Of a stretch of DNA of 64,000 nt, positions 8,470 through 18,416 are shown piece by piece (the first letter of the stretch is position 1; every line of letters starts with the position of its first letter). The stretch spans positions 59,565 to 123,564 of the forward strand of contig CAYTWH010000002.1 of NCBI GenBank assembly GCA_964442075.1, read 5' to 3'. The notes below the pieces were generated by a model. That model saw nothing but the letters and a program-made list of their open reading frames with translations, did not search any database and was not told the DNA's origin. The translations under genes and the position numbers were made by a program. Origin of the DNA: an uncultured Bacteroidales bacterium (GTDB taxonomy: Bacteria; Bacteroidota; Bacteroidia; Bacteroidales; CAYTAU01).

Positions 8470-9930
8470 TTAAGACATTCTTTTGTCTATAACATTATTT
8501 TTTGAATCGACTAAAGTTATTTGAAGAGGCATTTTTCCTAAAGCATGAGTTGCACAACTTAAGCAAGGATCATATGCTCTAATAGCAACCTCACAAGCGT
8601 TCATCATAGGTTCAGTTATTTCTTTTTGTCCTGTCATCATTTTTTTAGCAACAAATTCCACAGATCTATTCATTGGTTCATTATTGTTTGTTGTTGAAAC
8701 AATTAAATTAGCCATTTCAATCTGATCTTTATCATTGATTCTATAATGATGGAATAAAGTACCACGTGGAGCTTCAATAATACCAACCCCTTCATTTCCT
8801 TTTGTTCCTTTAGTTACAAGATTATCGCCTTTCATAATGTCTGGATCATTAATAAGTTCTTTCATCATTTCAGCTGCATGTAATAATTCTATCAACCTTG
8901 CCCAATGCATATGCATACACATATTATTAGGTTTGCCATGAGTATAGGCTTTAAACTGCTCAAACTCTTTTTGTGCTAATGGCGAAGGAATAAAATCAAC
9001 AGTATTCATACGAGCAAGAGGTCCTACTCTATACCAACCTTTTTCTTTTCCAAGAGATTTTATATAAGGAAATTTCATGTAAGACCATGATTTTACTTCC
9101 TCTTCAATGTAATTATTATATTCCTGATTGCTAACGCCTTCAAATATTACATTACCATCAGAATCAACAGCTTTAAGGTCTCCATTATATAAGTCCATTG
9201 CACCGTCTTTTCTCACAATACTTAAGTGGTTTGATGGAAATTGAGCAAAATTATCGATAAAATCAGTATTTTTACCATGGAATCCTTTTAACAAATCAAC
9301 TGATGCTTGAGCCCATTCAATCATTTTATCTACATTTAAAGGATCTGCTCCTTTAAGAAATTCGTCTCTTTCTTCCAGACTTAAGCATTTATTAATTCCA
9401 CCAGGAATTGCACCGGTACCATGTATTTTTTTCCCTGCAGTAGCACGAATAATTTCTTGTCCAAATTTTCTCATCAATACTGCTTGAACAGCTAAATCAG
9501 TATATTCAGGAGTAATAACTAGTCCTATTACATTTCTGATAGCAGGATCAGCATCATAACCAAATAATAAATCAGGAGATGCTAAATGGAAAAAATGCAA
9601 AGCATGAGACTGAAATATTTGTCCATAATGCATTAATCTACGCATTTTATCTCCGGTAGGAGTTAATCCATCTCCTGTGCCTGCACCAACAATTACATCT
9701 AATGCTTTAGCTGCAGCTAAATGATGACTTACTGGACATATTCCACATAAACGTTGAACCAATACTGGAGCTTCCCAATAAGGACGACCTTGAACAAAAC
9801 GTTCAAATCCTCTAAATTCAACAATATGTAATCTGCTTTGTGTAACATTTCCGTCATCATCTAATTGAATTGTTACTTTTCCATGACCTTCGACCCTAGT
9901 TACAGGTTCTATCGTTATTTTTTGTGCCAT
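8470..9930 (-). CDS. hoxH: [NiFe]-hydrogenase large subunit, bidirectional NAD-coupled type (HoxH)
   Basis: 486 aa with RVEGHG, RLCGICPVSH (N-terminal Ni-Fe ligands) and DPCLSCATH (C-terminal ligands). A 24-aa extension (ALGKMPLQITLVDSKNNVIDKRMS) follows. Confidence 0.95.
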   Translation of the reverse strand: MAQKITIEPVTRVEGHGKVTIQLDDDGNVTQSRLHIVEFRGFERFVQGRPYWEAPVLVQRLCGICPVSHHLAAAKALDVIVGAGTGDGLTPTGDKMRRLMHYGQIFQSHALHFFHLASPDLLFGYDADPAIRNVIGLVITPEYTDLAVQAVLMRKFGQEIIRATAGKKIHGTGAIPGGINKCLSLEERDEFLKGADPLNVDKMIEWAQASVDLLKGFHGKNTDFIDNFAQFPSNHLSIVRKDGAMDLYNGDLKAVDSDGNVIFEGVSNQEYNNYIEEEVKSWSYMKFPYIKSLGKEKGWYRVGPLARMNTVDFIPSPLAQKEFEQFKAYTHGKPNNMCMHMHWARLIELLHAAEMMKELINDPDIMKGDNLVTKGTKGNEGVGIIEAPRGTLFHHYRINDKDQIEMANLIVSTTNNNEPMNRSVEFVAKKMMTGQKEITEPMMNACEVAIRAYDPCLSCATHALGKMPLQITLVDSKNNVIDKRMS

Positions 9931-9946
9931 TGTCTCTAGTTTTTAA

Positions 9947-10495
9947 TTAATCAAATTTAATAACTTCATAAGGTAAGTCCATTTCGTTACCTGTTAATAA
10001 TGCAACAAGTGCATTCCAAATAAGGTCTGCTGTAGGAGGACATCCCGGCAAATAATAATCTATTTTTACAATTTCATGACAAGGATAAACTCTATCAAGA
10101 AGCATTGGTAATTCATCATCATTAGGCATAATCTTTTCTGTATTTAATTGCACAGTTGGACCATTTAGATATGCTTCTTCCAAACATTCTTTAATAGGAA
10201 TTCCATTTCTTAATGCAGGTAATCCGCCCATTATAGCACATTCACCTAAAGAAATTAGAATTTTACAATTTTTTCTGAAGTCTTTAAGTACTTCTATGTT
10301 TTCGTGGTTACAACATCCTCCTTCAATAATACCAATATCACATTGTTTTGTGAATTTTTTGATATCATCAATAGGCGATTTATTAAATTCAACAAGTTCA
10401 ATAAGTTTTAATATTCTATCATCAATATCCAGAATAGACATGTGACAGCCAAAACATCCAGCTAGTGAAGTTGTTGCTACGATTGGTTTACTCAT
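9947..10495 (-). CDS. hoxY: [NiFe]-hydrogenase small subunit (HoxY)
   Basis: 182 aa, the short group-3 type. Contains LAGCFGCHMS, GGCCNHEN and YYLPGCPP, with no twin-arginine signal. Confidence 0.9.
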   Translation of the reverse strand: MSKPIVATTSLAGCFGCHMSILDIDDRILKLIELVEFNKSPIDDIKKFTKQCDIGIIEGGCCNHENIEVLKDFRKNCKILISLGECAIMGGLPALRNGIPIKECLEEAYLNGPTVQLNTEKIMPNDDELPMLLDRVYPCHEIVKIDYYLPGCPPTADLIWNALVALLTGNEMDLPYEVIKFD

Positions 10496-10515
10496 TCTAT
10501 TTACCTCCTTAATTT

Positions 10516-11322
10516 TTATTGTAAAACATTTTCAATATCACTACCAATTGGTTTTCTATCATATTTTTTAGTACCAATTGCTTCATCAAAGCCTTTTTCT
10601 TTTCTAATAATTGCACCAACAGGGCAAATGTCCATTGCTTCTTGTGCTTGCGCATCAGTCATTTTAGCCGCAAGAAGATGATCGATAGCAATATCAAGAT
10701 GCTCTCCTCTTTTAATAAATGCAAATACATTTTTATTTTCAATTTTTATTGAACGTATGCAGCGTTTGCATTGTATGCAACGATTTTTTTCCATGTAGAT
10801 CTTTGGAGAAGTTGCATCAACTTCTTTTAATGGGAATGAATAAGGAAAGCGTGGTACCATCATTTGGAATTTGTAACCTAATGCTTGCAATTCGCAATTT
10901 CCACTTTTTTCACATGAAGGGCAGAAATGATTTCCTTCAACAAACAATGCTTCGACAATGATTTTTCTCATTTCATTCATTTCCGAAGTATCATTTTCAA
11001 TTTTCATTCCATTTTCAATAGGAGTAGTACAGGCTGCCATGTTTCTACCGTTTACCTTACACGTACATACTCTACATGAACCGGCTGCTTTTAATCCTTT
11101 AATATGGCAAAGTGTTGGAATATAAACTCCATTTTCAGCAGCAGCATCAACAAGTAGTTGACCTGGGGCAGCAGAACATTCTTTGCCATCAATTACAAAA
11201 TTCACTTTATTATTCATATTAGTTTCTTTTTGTGTTTCTTTTATTTCTTGTTTTTCGTTAACAACAGGCTCCTTCTTAGATTCTGTTGCATCTTTTTTGC
11301 CGAAAAGTCCAAATAAACTCAT
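10516..11322 (-). CDS. hoxU: Diaphorase iron-sulfur subunit (HoxU, NuoG N-terminal-like)
   Basis: 2Fe-2S motif CHIKGLKAAGSCRVCTCKV, His/Cys cluster EGNHFCPSCEKSGNCELQ, and 4Fe-4S motifs CIQCKRCIRS and CPVGA. The first 35 aa are a K/E-rich extension, so the real start could be the Met of MNNKVNF (near 11217). Confidence 0.85.
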   Translation of the reverse strand: MSLFGLFGKKDATESKKEPVVNEKQEIKETQKETNMNNKVNFVIDGKECSAAPGQLLVDAAAENGVYIPTLCHIKGLKAAGSCRVCTCKVNGRNMAACTTPIENGMKIENDTSEMNEMRKIIVEALFVEGNHFCPSCEKSGNCELQALGYKFQMMVPRFPYSFPLKEVDATSPKIYMEKNRCIQCKRCIRSIKIENKNVFAFIKRGEHLDIAIDHLLAAKMTDAQAQEAMDICPVGAIIRKEKGFDEAIGTKKYDRKPIGSDIENVLQ

Positions 11323-11339
11323 GATAAATTAAATTTAAA

Positions 11340-13097
11340 TTAATGTAAAATTGGTTTTCTTCCAACAGCATCACATGATGCTTGAACAGAAGCAGCCAAA
11401 TCAAAATTACTTATATAGTCAATATCTTGTACAATAGCTTCGTATTTATCGCGGAAGTTAGTAATAGTACTGATAATAGGATTCGCAGAAGTTTGACCTA
11501 AACCACAACGAGTTGTTGCTGTCATAACTTTCCCCCATTCAAGTAAATCATCAATATCAGATTTAATACCTTTTCCTTCTGTAATTTTAGCTAATTTATT
11601 TCTCATTATTGCGTTAAGATTGCGACATGGAGCACAAGACCCACATGACTCATCAGCAAAGAAATTCATAAAATTAAGAACAACATCTTTTAACAAGTTT
11701 CTTTGGTTACCAATAATTATCATTGAACCACCTGTTGCAAGATCTTCAAAAGCAATTTTTCTTTCGAATTGTGATGGATTTAAGCATACTCCTGACGGAC
11801 CTGCAACTTGAACTGCTTGTACATCATTTGCTCCAACCATTTCTATCATTTCTTTAATAGTCATTCCCCATTCAACTTCATAAACACCGGGTTTATCACA
11901 ATCACCTGAAATACTTAATAATTTTGTCCCTGATGATTCTTTTGTTCCTATTTCATTATACCAAGCTGCTCCTTTTTCCATTATTTTAACAACAGATGCA
12001 AATGTTTCAACATTATTTACAGTTGTTGGTTTGTCCATATAACCTTTTTGTGCAGGAAAAGGCGGTTTATTTCTTGGCTCACCCCTTTTACCTTCCATTG
12101 ATTCAATTAATGCTGTTTCTTCTCCACAAATATAAGCACCTTGTCCTAATTGAATTCTAATATTAAAATTACCAAGATTTGGTTTAATTGTTTCAATTAC
12201 ATTATTTAAATATGATGTTAAATAATCATATTCTCCTCTAAGATAAAGAATACCTTCTTTTGCTCCAATTGCATGTCCACAAACTGCCATTCCTTCAAAA
12301 ACTCTTTCAGCATATTCTGTAAGAATAACTCTATCTTTAAAAGTACCCGGTTCTCCTTCATCTGCATTACAGATAACATATTTTTCTAAACCTTCAGCAT
12401 TAGCAGTAAATTCCCATTTCATTCCTGTAGGAAAACCTGCACCTCCTCTTCCTTTTATATTAGAAGCTTTAACTTCTGAAATAACTTCGGAAGGTTGCAT
12501 TAATTTAGATTTTGTAATAGCTGTTCCAATTTCATAGGGTGCAAACAATACTTTACCTTCATTCATAATATTGTTTTTTACCATAGATTTGATTTGAGCA
12601 TTAACACCATCTCCATACTCAGTAATCATATCTTCAACAGCTTTTCCTACTTTCATTCCTTGGATAAGTTCTTTTACTTTTACAGGTGTTAAATTTGTAA
12701 ATACTTTACCATTAATGATGGCTGCCGGCTCTTGATCACTCATTCCAATACATGCAGTATTATGAAGACCTATAATTCCATCTTCAGATATTTCCCCAAA
12801 TTTACATCCAGCTTCTTCTTCCATTGCTTTTGCAACATCTGCACGACCCATCATGTTTGCTACAACACTATCATTTAGATAAATAACATATTTCCCTGCA
12901 GGTTTATCTGTAAGGAAATGGTAAAATGATCTTGTTTGTTCCACATCAACTCCTGAAAGATTAAGTTGTTCTGCAATAATTTCAATTGCTTCTTTACTAA
13001 TAAAGCCAAGCTCATCTTGAACTTTACTTAAAATATCAACTAATCTATTTTGGTCTTTATTGAACTCATCTACGGTGCGTTGTATCTTTGTTCTCAT
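11340..13097 (-). CDS. hoxF: Diaphorase NAD(H)/FMN subunit (HoxF, NuoE-like plus NuoF-like fusion)
   Basis: 585 aa. NuoF-type motifs GRGGAGFPTGMKWEF and ESCGSCAPCR. The N-terminal ~150 aa are NuoE-like but lack most Cys ligands. Confidence 0.9.
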   Translation of the reverse strand: MRTKIQRTVDEFNKDQNRLVDILSKVQDELGFISKEAIEIIAEQLNLSGVDVEQTRSFYHFLTDKPAGKYVIYLNDSVVANMMGRADVAKAMEEEAGCKFGEISEDGIIGLHNTACIGMSDQEPAAIINGKVFTNLTPVKVKELIQGMKVGKAVEDMITEYGDGVNAQIKSMVKNNIMNEGKVLFAPYEIGTAITKSKLMQPSEVISEVKASNIKGRGGAGFPTGMKWEFTANAEGLEKYVICNADEGEPGTFKDRVILTEYAERVFEGMAVCGHAIGAKEGILYLRGEYDYLTSYLNNVIETIKPNLGNFNIRIQLGQGAYICGEETALIESMEGKRGEPRNKPPFPAQKGYMDKPTTVNNVETFASVVKIMEKGAAWYNEIGTKESSGTKLLSISGDCDKPGVYEVEWGMTIKEMIEMVGANDVQAVQVAGPSGVCLNPSQFERKIAFEDLATGGSMIIIGNQRNLLKDVVLNFMNFFADESCGSCAPCRNLNAIMRNKLAKITEGKGIKSDIDDLLEWGKVMTATTRCGLGQTSANPIISTITNFRDKYEAIVQDIDYISNFDLAASVQASCDAVGRKPILH

Positions 13098-13600
13098 AAA
13101 ATCAATTTTAAATGTTATTAATTAATAATTAAAATATTTAACAAACTACCTATTTCTTATTTTTTTGCACAACTGCAAATGTAAACTATTTTTATTTGCA
13201 ATTTATTCAGTCACTAAATTTTAGTGCTTGAATCATAAATTTTAATGACATAAATCATAATTTTTATAGATGCAAACATAATGAGATTTTAATCTTTGTC
13301 AAAATGTTTTACAACACTATATAATTATTGAATATTTGGCAAATATCTAAGTATTTAAATATGTGCATATTTGGTTGTTTGATTTATAGAGAATTATATT
13401 GCATTTCTAATATGTGTTTTGAAATCAATAAGTGTTAGATAACATGTTTTTATAATTTATAGATATAGTCTTATAAGAATTTTGGATATTTTTATAATAA
13501 CATTAATTGCCGATTTATAATTCTATTATAGAGGTTTAAGAATAAAAATGAGAAAATATTTGTAAAACAGGTAAACCCATTTCTACTTAGGGGACTTCTA

Positions 13601-14626
13601 TTAATTGAATTCAATTTTATCAAAAGTTTTAATATTTTTAAAAAAGAACATTTTAACAATACTTTTAGGATATATTTCTGGATGAGAATAATTTATGTTG
13701 TGCTTAAGGTTTTCTCTACGTTTTGCTTTAAATTTTGAGACATTAAAATAAAAAGAAAAGTGTGCCTTAATAACTGAAAAGAAATTATTGAACTCTAAAT
13801 GAAATAAAAAATTAATTCCTGCTATTCCGTCTAATATAAATCTAATAAGGAAAACTTTAAATAAACTGTTTTTAGGCAGGTTTTTATAAAGCATATATAA
13901 ATTATTTCTAAAATTCAGATAGGTTTTTCTTGGGTTTGTTTTGTTCAACGTACCTCCACCAAGATGATATACTTGAGAATCAGGACAATAAAAAATATTT
14001 TTACCTCTGTTTTTAATTCGCCAACATAGGTCAATTTCTTCCATATGAGCAAAAAAATCTTCATCTAAACCTCCGGCATCAAAAAATATGTCAGAACGTA
14101 TCATCAAACATGCACCAGTAGCCCAAAATATTTGTGTTTTCTTATTATATTGACCTTTATCTTTCTCATTAACATTAAAAATTCTTCCCCTGCAAAAAAT
14201 AAAGCCATATTTATCAATAAAACCACCAGCAGCTCCTGCATATTCAAATTCATCTTTTTTATTATAAGATAATATTTTAGGCATACATGCTGCTATAGAA
14301 CTTTCATTGTCCATTAAATTGATTAATTGAACAAGCCAATTTTCAGAAACTTCAACATCCGAATTTAGAAGTATAAAATATTTTGCTTCTATTTGATTCA
14401 ATGCTTTATTATAACCTCCGGCAAAACCAAAATTCTTTTCAAGCTGTATTATTTTAATTTCCGGAAATTCTTTTCTAACAAACTCAATAGAATCATCATC
14501 TGAATTATTGTCAGCAACATAAATATCAACTTCAGGTGTGCTTGAATACCTGACAACTGAAGGTAAAAAAGTTTTTAAAAGCTCTTTACCATTCCAATTT
14601 AATATTACTATTGCTGTTTTTATCAT
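13601..14626 (-). CDS. Glycosyltransferase family 2
   Basis: 341 aa. N-terminal IVILNWNGKELL, VADNNSDDDS, GFAGGYN and the acidic motif GGLDEDFF are typical of GT2 (rhamnosyltransferase-like) enzymes. Confidence 0.8.
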   Translation of the reverse strand: MIKTAIVILNWNGKELLKTFLPSVVRYSSTPEVDIYVADNNSDDDSIEFVRKEFPEIKIIQLEKNFGFAGGYNKALNQIEAKYFILLNSDVEVSENWLVQLINLMDNESSIAACMPKILSYNKKDEFEYAGAAGGFIDKYGFIFCRGRIFNVNEKDKGQYNKKTQIFWATGACLMIRSDIFFDAGGLDEDFFAHMEEIDLCWRIKNRGKNIFYCPDSQVYHLGGGTLNKTNPRKTYLNFRNNLYMLYKNLPKNSLFKVFLIRFILDGIAGINFLFHLEFNNFFSVIKAHFSFYFNVSKFKAKRRENLKHNINYSHPEIYPKSIVKMFFFKNIKTFDKIEFN

Positions 14627-14714
14627 CTGAAATAATTGTGCTTTAAAAGTAGAACATTTTTTTTAATTATTAATAATTATTAATTTTGATTGATAAACTA
14701 ATTCCTAATTTACT

Positions 14715-15191
14715 ATGAAAAATTTAATCTGTGCTTTTATATTGTCATTAATAATAGTCTCTTGTGGCAAATATGAAGAAGGACCTGACGTAAGTTTCAG
14801 ATCAAGACAAAAAAGAATAGAAGGACTTTGGAAAGTTGACAAATTTATTGCTAATGATGTAGATTCTACATCTCAATTTATAGCTTTGTTTGGTGATAAA
14901 ATTGATATTACTGATGACAGATGGGAAATGCCTAAAGGTGCTGGTTTAATGAATTTTAGTGGAGACTGGAGTTGGGAAACATTAAAATATTATACAAAAT
15001 TCAATATTAATAAACTAGACAGTAGCAATATTCGATATTCTGACACACTGATATATGGATTAGGTCCTTTTAACCTCACACAAAGCATTAAATGGGAAAT
15101 TATGCGTATAGCTAAAAAAGAGCTTTTTATGGAAACAGAATATAAAAACCTTATTTATAGAATTGAATTAAAACTAGACAGTGACCATTAA
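14715..15191 (+). CDS. Hypothetical lipoprotein
   Basis: 158 aa with a lipobox-type signal, MKNLICAFILSLIIVSCGK. I recognise no family. Confidence 0.55.
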   Translation: MKNLICAFILSLIIVSCGKYEEGPDVSFRSRQKRIEGLWKVDKFIANDVDSTSQFIALFGDKIDITDDRWEMPKGAGLMNFSGDWSWETLKYYTKFNINKLDSSNIRYSDTLIYGLGPFNLTQSIKWEIMRIAKKELFMETEYKNLIYRIELKLDSDH

Positions 15192-15202
15192 TTATTTTTC
15201 AT

Positions 15203-15230
15203 AAAAAAACCCGACAAATAAATGTCGGGT
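15203..15230 (-). terminator. Rho-independent terminator for the PpiD-like gene
   Basis: ACCCGACA (15209-15216) pairs with TGTCGGGT (15223-15230) across a 6-nt loop. A T7 run follows on the minus strand (A-run 15203-15209 on plus). It lies between convergent genes. Confidence 0.65.
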
Positions 15231-15250
15231 TAAAAATATTTTATATTTGA

Positions 15251-17398
15251 TTAAAAGAATTTTGCTCTTTTATCTATAATATTTGCACTTTTCTTTAAAG
15301 CTTCAAACACCTGGTAATCTACCCTTGAACTCAACATATTAATCAATTTAATTTGTTCAGCAGCAAAATCAACTTCTTCTACTATATTAGAACTAAGTAC
15401 TTTTAAAATATAAACACCGTTTAAACCTTTAATTGGAGCTGATATTTTATTTGGCTCTGAATTGATGGCACTTGCTATTAAAGCAGGTTCAACGCCATAA
15501 GCAGGTATTGAATATGCCTGAAAATTAATATTTGTTGCCTCAACTATTTCTTCTCCTAAATCTTGTGAAATTTCTTCAAGAGAATTGTATTTTGTAATTA
15601 ATTGATTGAATTTATTAATTAACTGTTCAGCTTTTTTATCTTTCTTAACAAACATCTCTATTTCTGTTTCTACTTGTTCTAATGGTGCTATTCCCTTTTC
15701 CCTGACTTCTGTTAGAACAGCAATAACAAAACGATTTCCTAATTCAAATACTTTTGAAACATCATTTTTTTCTGCCTTATAAGCCCACCTTACAAGTTCT
15801 CTTGGAGAATCAATACCCGGAATATTTTTATCTGTTTCTTTAAGGTTACTGGCAACACGTTTGGTTAATAAAGGATCTGCATCAATTGAATTGTTGAATT
15901 TTTCCATTGAATTATTTTCTGCAAGAAACTTACTTGCAATAGAATAAATATTCTGGTACGTTTCTGTACTTGGTTCAACTTTTCTGTCAACAATACCAAC
16001 TTGTATTTTTTTCGAAGCTTCTCCTTTTTCAAGAACTTCAACAATGTGAATTCCAAACTGTGTTTCCACAAGTTTAATATCACCTGTGTTTGAAAAGAAA
16101 CAAGAATCGCTAAATGGTTGAACCATTGCTTTATCAACTTGAGGATTTAAACTTGGACTGTTAGCATCTTTAAACCATTCAAGGTCTCCACCATTATCAG
16201 AATTACTTTTGTCAACAGAATGTAGTTTTGCTAATTGAACAAAATTGCCTCCATTCTCAATAATTTCAAATAAACTATCTGCTAATTCTTTTGCTTGTTC
16301 ATAAGGGAATGTTTCTGTTGGCTGTATTAAAATATGCCTTGCATGAACAGAATCGGGTAAATTCTCAATTCTTACAAGTTTTGCAAGTTTGTATGTTTCA
16401 AATTCAAAATAAGGTCCGTGAACAAAACCAGTATCAGCTGCAAACATAATTGAATCAATATCAACAGGCAGTTCTCCTTCTTTATAAAATTTGTGATCAA
16501 ACCCTCCATCTGCATTAAAATTAATAAATTGTATATCGTCTTCTGTTGTTTTAAATTCTACCTCTCTATTATTAATCCACTCTTCAGCTAATTTATAATC
16601 TCTTTCTGATGGTAAAACATCAAAATAAATATATTCAATATCTCTTGACGCTTCTTGTTCGTAATCGTTTTTGTGTTCGTTATAGTATTTTTCAATATCT
16701 TCTTTATTAATGACTATCGCACTATCGGATATCATATTATATTTTTGAGCAACAATATTGAAATTTACTTTAAAATTGCTTTCTTCTGCTTCGAGTTTTG
16801 CCTGCGGAGTAGTTATATACAAGCCTTTTTTAATAAGATTGTTATATTTTGTTGCTGTTCTGGCTTTCATTAAAGATAATTCAAATGCCATCCAACTTGT
16901 ACGAGCTTCTCCGCTTGGGTCTTGATCAAGGTTTTGCAAAAACCGTATAACCAGACTTCTGTCAAACTGACCTGTTTGCTGATTTTGGAAAATTGGTATT
17001 TGCATAATCTGTGGGTCAATATTTGTTCCTTGTACCATATCAAAAAGCTCATCGGGATGAACAGCTATTCCCAGTTCTTCGTATTGCTCACCCATTATAG
17101 TTTCCTGAATTAATTCTTCCCATGCCTGTTCTCTTATCATATCAGATGTAGCTTCATCAATAGTTGCATCTCCTCCTGCATTTCTGATGTAATTTTCTGT
17201 CATTACATCTACTTCATTTTGAAACAATATATATGGTATTATGTCGTCCCCATTTTTTTCTGCCATATAATTATCGGTTGGACCGCCTTGATTTCCCTTA
17301 CCAATAAAATCACCAAGGATAAATGCTAATAAAGCTAAGCCTATTACTATTGCAATTAATACACCTGCTCTTTTTCTAATTGTTTGTAATGTTGCCAT
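15251..17398 (-). CDS. Periplasmic chaperone / peptidyl-prolyl isomerase, PpiD-like
   Basis: 715 aa. N-terminal membrane anchor (AGVLIAIVIGLALLAFILGDF), a SurA-N-like region and a parvulin segment (VHARHILI...GGDLEWF...FGIHIVEV). Confidence 0.8.
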   Translation of the reverse strand: MATLQTIRKRAGVLIAIVIGLALLAFILGDFIGKGNQGGPTDNYMAEKNGDDIIPYILFQNEVDVMTENYIRNAGGDATIDEATSDMIREQAWEELIQETIMGEQYEELGIAVHPDELFDMVQGTNIDPQIMQIPIFQNQQTGQFDRSLVIRFLQNLDQDPSGEARTSWMAFELSLMKARTATKYNNLIKKGLYITTPQAKLEAEESNFKVNFNIVAQKYNMISDSAIVINKEDIEKYYNEHKNDYEQEASRDIEYIYFDVLPSERDYKLAEEWINNREVEFKTTEDDIQFINFNADGGFDHKFYKEGELPVDIDSIMFAADTGFVHGPYFEFETYKLAKLVRIENLPDSVHARHILIQPTETFPYEQAKELADSLFEIIENGGNFVQLAKLHSVDKSNSDNGGDLEWFKDANSPSLNPQVDKAMVQPFSDSCFFSNTGDIKLVETQFGIHIVEVLEKGEASKKIQVGIVDRKVEPSTETYQNIYSIASKFLAENNSMEKFNNSIDADPLLTKRVASNLKETDKNIPGIDSPRELVRWAYKAEKNDVSKVFELGNRFVIAVLTEVREKGIAPLEQVETEIEMFVKKDKKAEQLINKFNQLITKYNSLEEISQDLGEEIVEATNINFQAYSIPAYGVEPALIASAINSEPNKISAPIKGLNGVYILKVLSSNIVEEVDFAAEQIKLINMLSSRVDYQVFEALKKSANIIDKRAKFF

Positions 17399-17496
17399 TA
17401 TTAGATGTTTATATGTGTTTTGTTAAAATTTCAGCCTACGAAGATAAAAAAAACTTTTTAAACGTATAAATTTAGCTTGTTAATTTTTAGCAATAA

Positions 17497-18405
17497 TTAA
17501 GTAGTATGTGTAATATCAACACCTACACTATTTACAGTAAACTTAATTTTACTTCCAAACTTCATTGCCATATTAATATCATTATGTCCGGCGGGAAAAC
17601 CAAAACATACAGGAATTTTATATTCAGCAATATGTTCATATATGATCTCATAAACTGTTTTACCAAATTTAGTATTATTGTCTTTTATATCAGTAAAATC
17701 TCCCACAATAAGTCCTTTTAAATTATCAAATTTTCCACTTAGCTTAAAATTCATCATTATTCTGTCAATATGATACAAATATTCGCTTAAATCTTCTATA
17801 AACAGAATTTTATCTTTTGTATCAATGTTATATTTTGTTCCGTTCAAACTATATAGAATTGAAAGATTTCCTCCTGTTAAAATACCTTCAGTTTTTCCTG
17901 TTATGTTTAATTTATGATCTTTAATTTTATAATTGATCTCATTACCAAACAGCATAGATTTTAATGATGTTAATGATCTGTTTTCATTTGGATGATCAGG
18001 AAATTTTTTTGGCATTGCACCATGAATTGTTTCAATATTCAGGTTGTTATTGATATATACATGAAAAACTGTAATATCGCTAAAACCAATAATCCATTTT
18101 GGATTTTTTTTAAAATTATCAAAATTCAATTTCTCAATTATACGTATAGAACCATAACCACCCCGCGAAGAAAATATCGCCTTAATATTTTCATCGTCAA
18201 GCATTTGTTGGAAATCAGAAATTCTTTCTTTATCGGTTCCTGCAAATTGATTGTACGCTTTTGCCGAATTTTTACCTGTAATAACATCTAATCCCCATCC
18301 CGATAGAATTTTTACAGCATTGTTGATTTTATTTTTATCAATTTTTCCGGCAGGAGAAATTATTGCTACTTTATCACCTTTTTTAAGATAATCCGGATTT
18401 ATCAT
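17497..18405 (-). CDS. LD-carboxypeptidase (peptidase S66)
   Basis: 302 aa with GDKVAIISPAG, the nucleophile motif IIGFSDITV and C-terminal FGFPAGHN. Confidence 0.8.
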   Translation of the reverse strand: MINPDYLKKGDKVAIISPAGKIDKNKINNAVKILSGWGLDVITGKNSAKAYNQFAGTDKERISDFQQMLDDENIKAIFSSRGGYGSIRIIEKLNFDNFKKNPKWIIGFSDITVFHVYINNNLNIETIHGAMPKKFPDHPNENRSLTSLKSMLFGNEINYKIKDHKLNITGKTEGILTGGNLSILYSLNGTKYNIDTKDKILFIEDLSEYLYHIDRIMMNFKLSGKFDNLKGLIVGDFTDIKDNNTKFGKTVYEIIYEHIAEYKIPVCFGFPAGHNDINMAMKFGSKIKFTVNSVGVDITHTT

Positions 18406-18416
18406 AGATCAACAAA

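Noticed and set aside
8470-10495. Membrane-bound uptake (group 1) hydrogenase
   Set aside because: The small subunit is short (182 aa) with no twin-arginine signal. There is no cytochrome b gene, and the operon encodes NuoF/NuoG-like diaphorase subunits. A group 3 bidirectional enzyme fits better.
3112-13097. Many 60-145-aa plus-strand ORFs in the track across the hyp/hox region (for example 3112..3321, 3864..4301, 5477..5797, 7136..7387, 7378..7680, 10719..10961, 11620..11811)
   Set aside because: All are antisense to genes with unambiguous hydrogenase or maturation motifs. They are Phe/Ile/Ser/Cys-rich, as expected from reading AT-rich coding DNA backwards.
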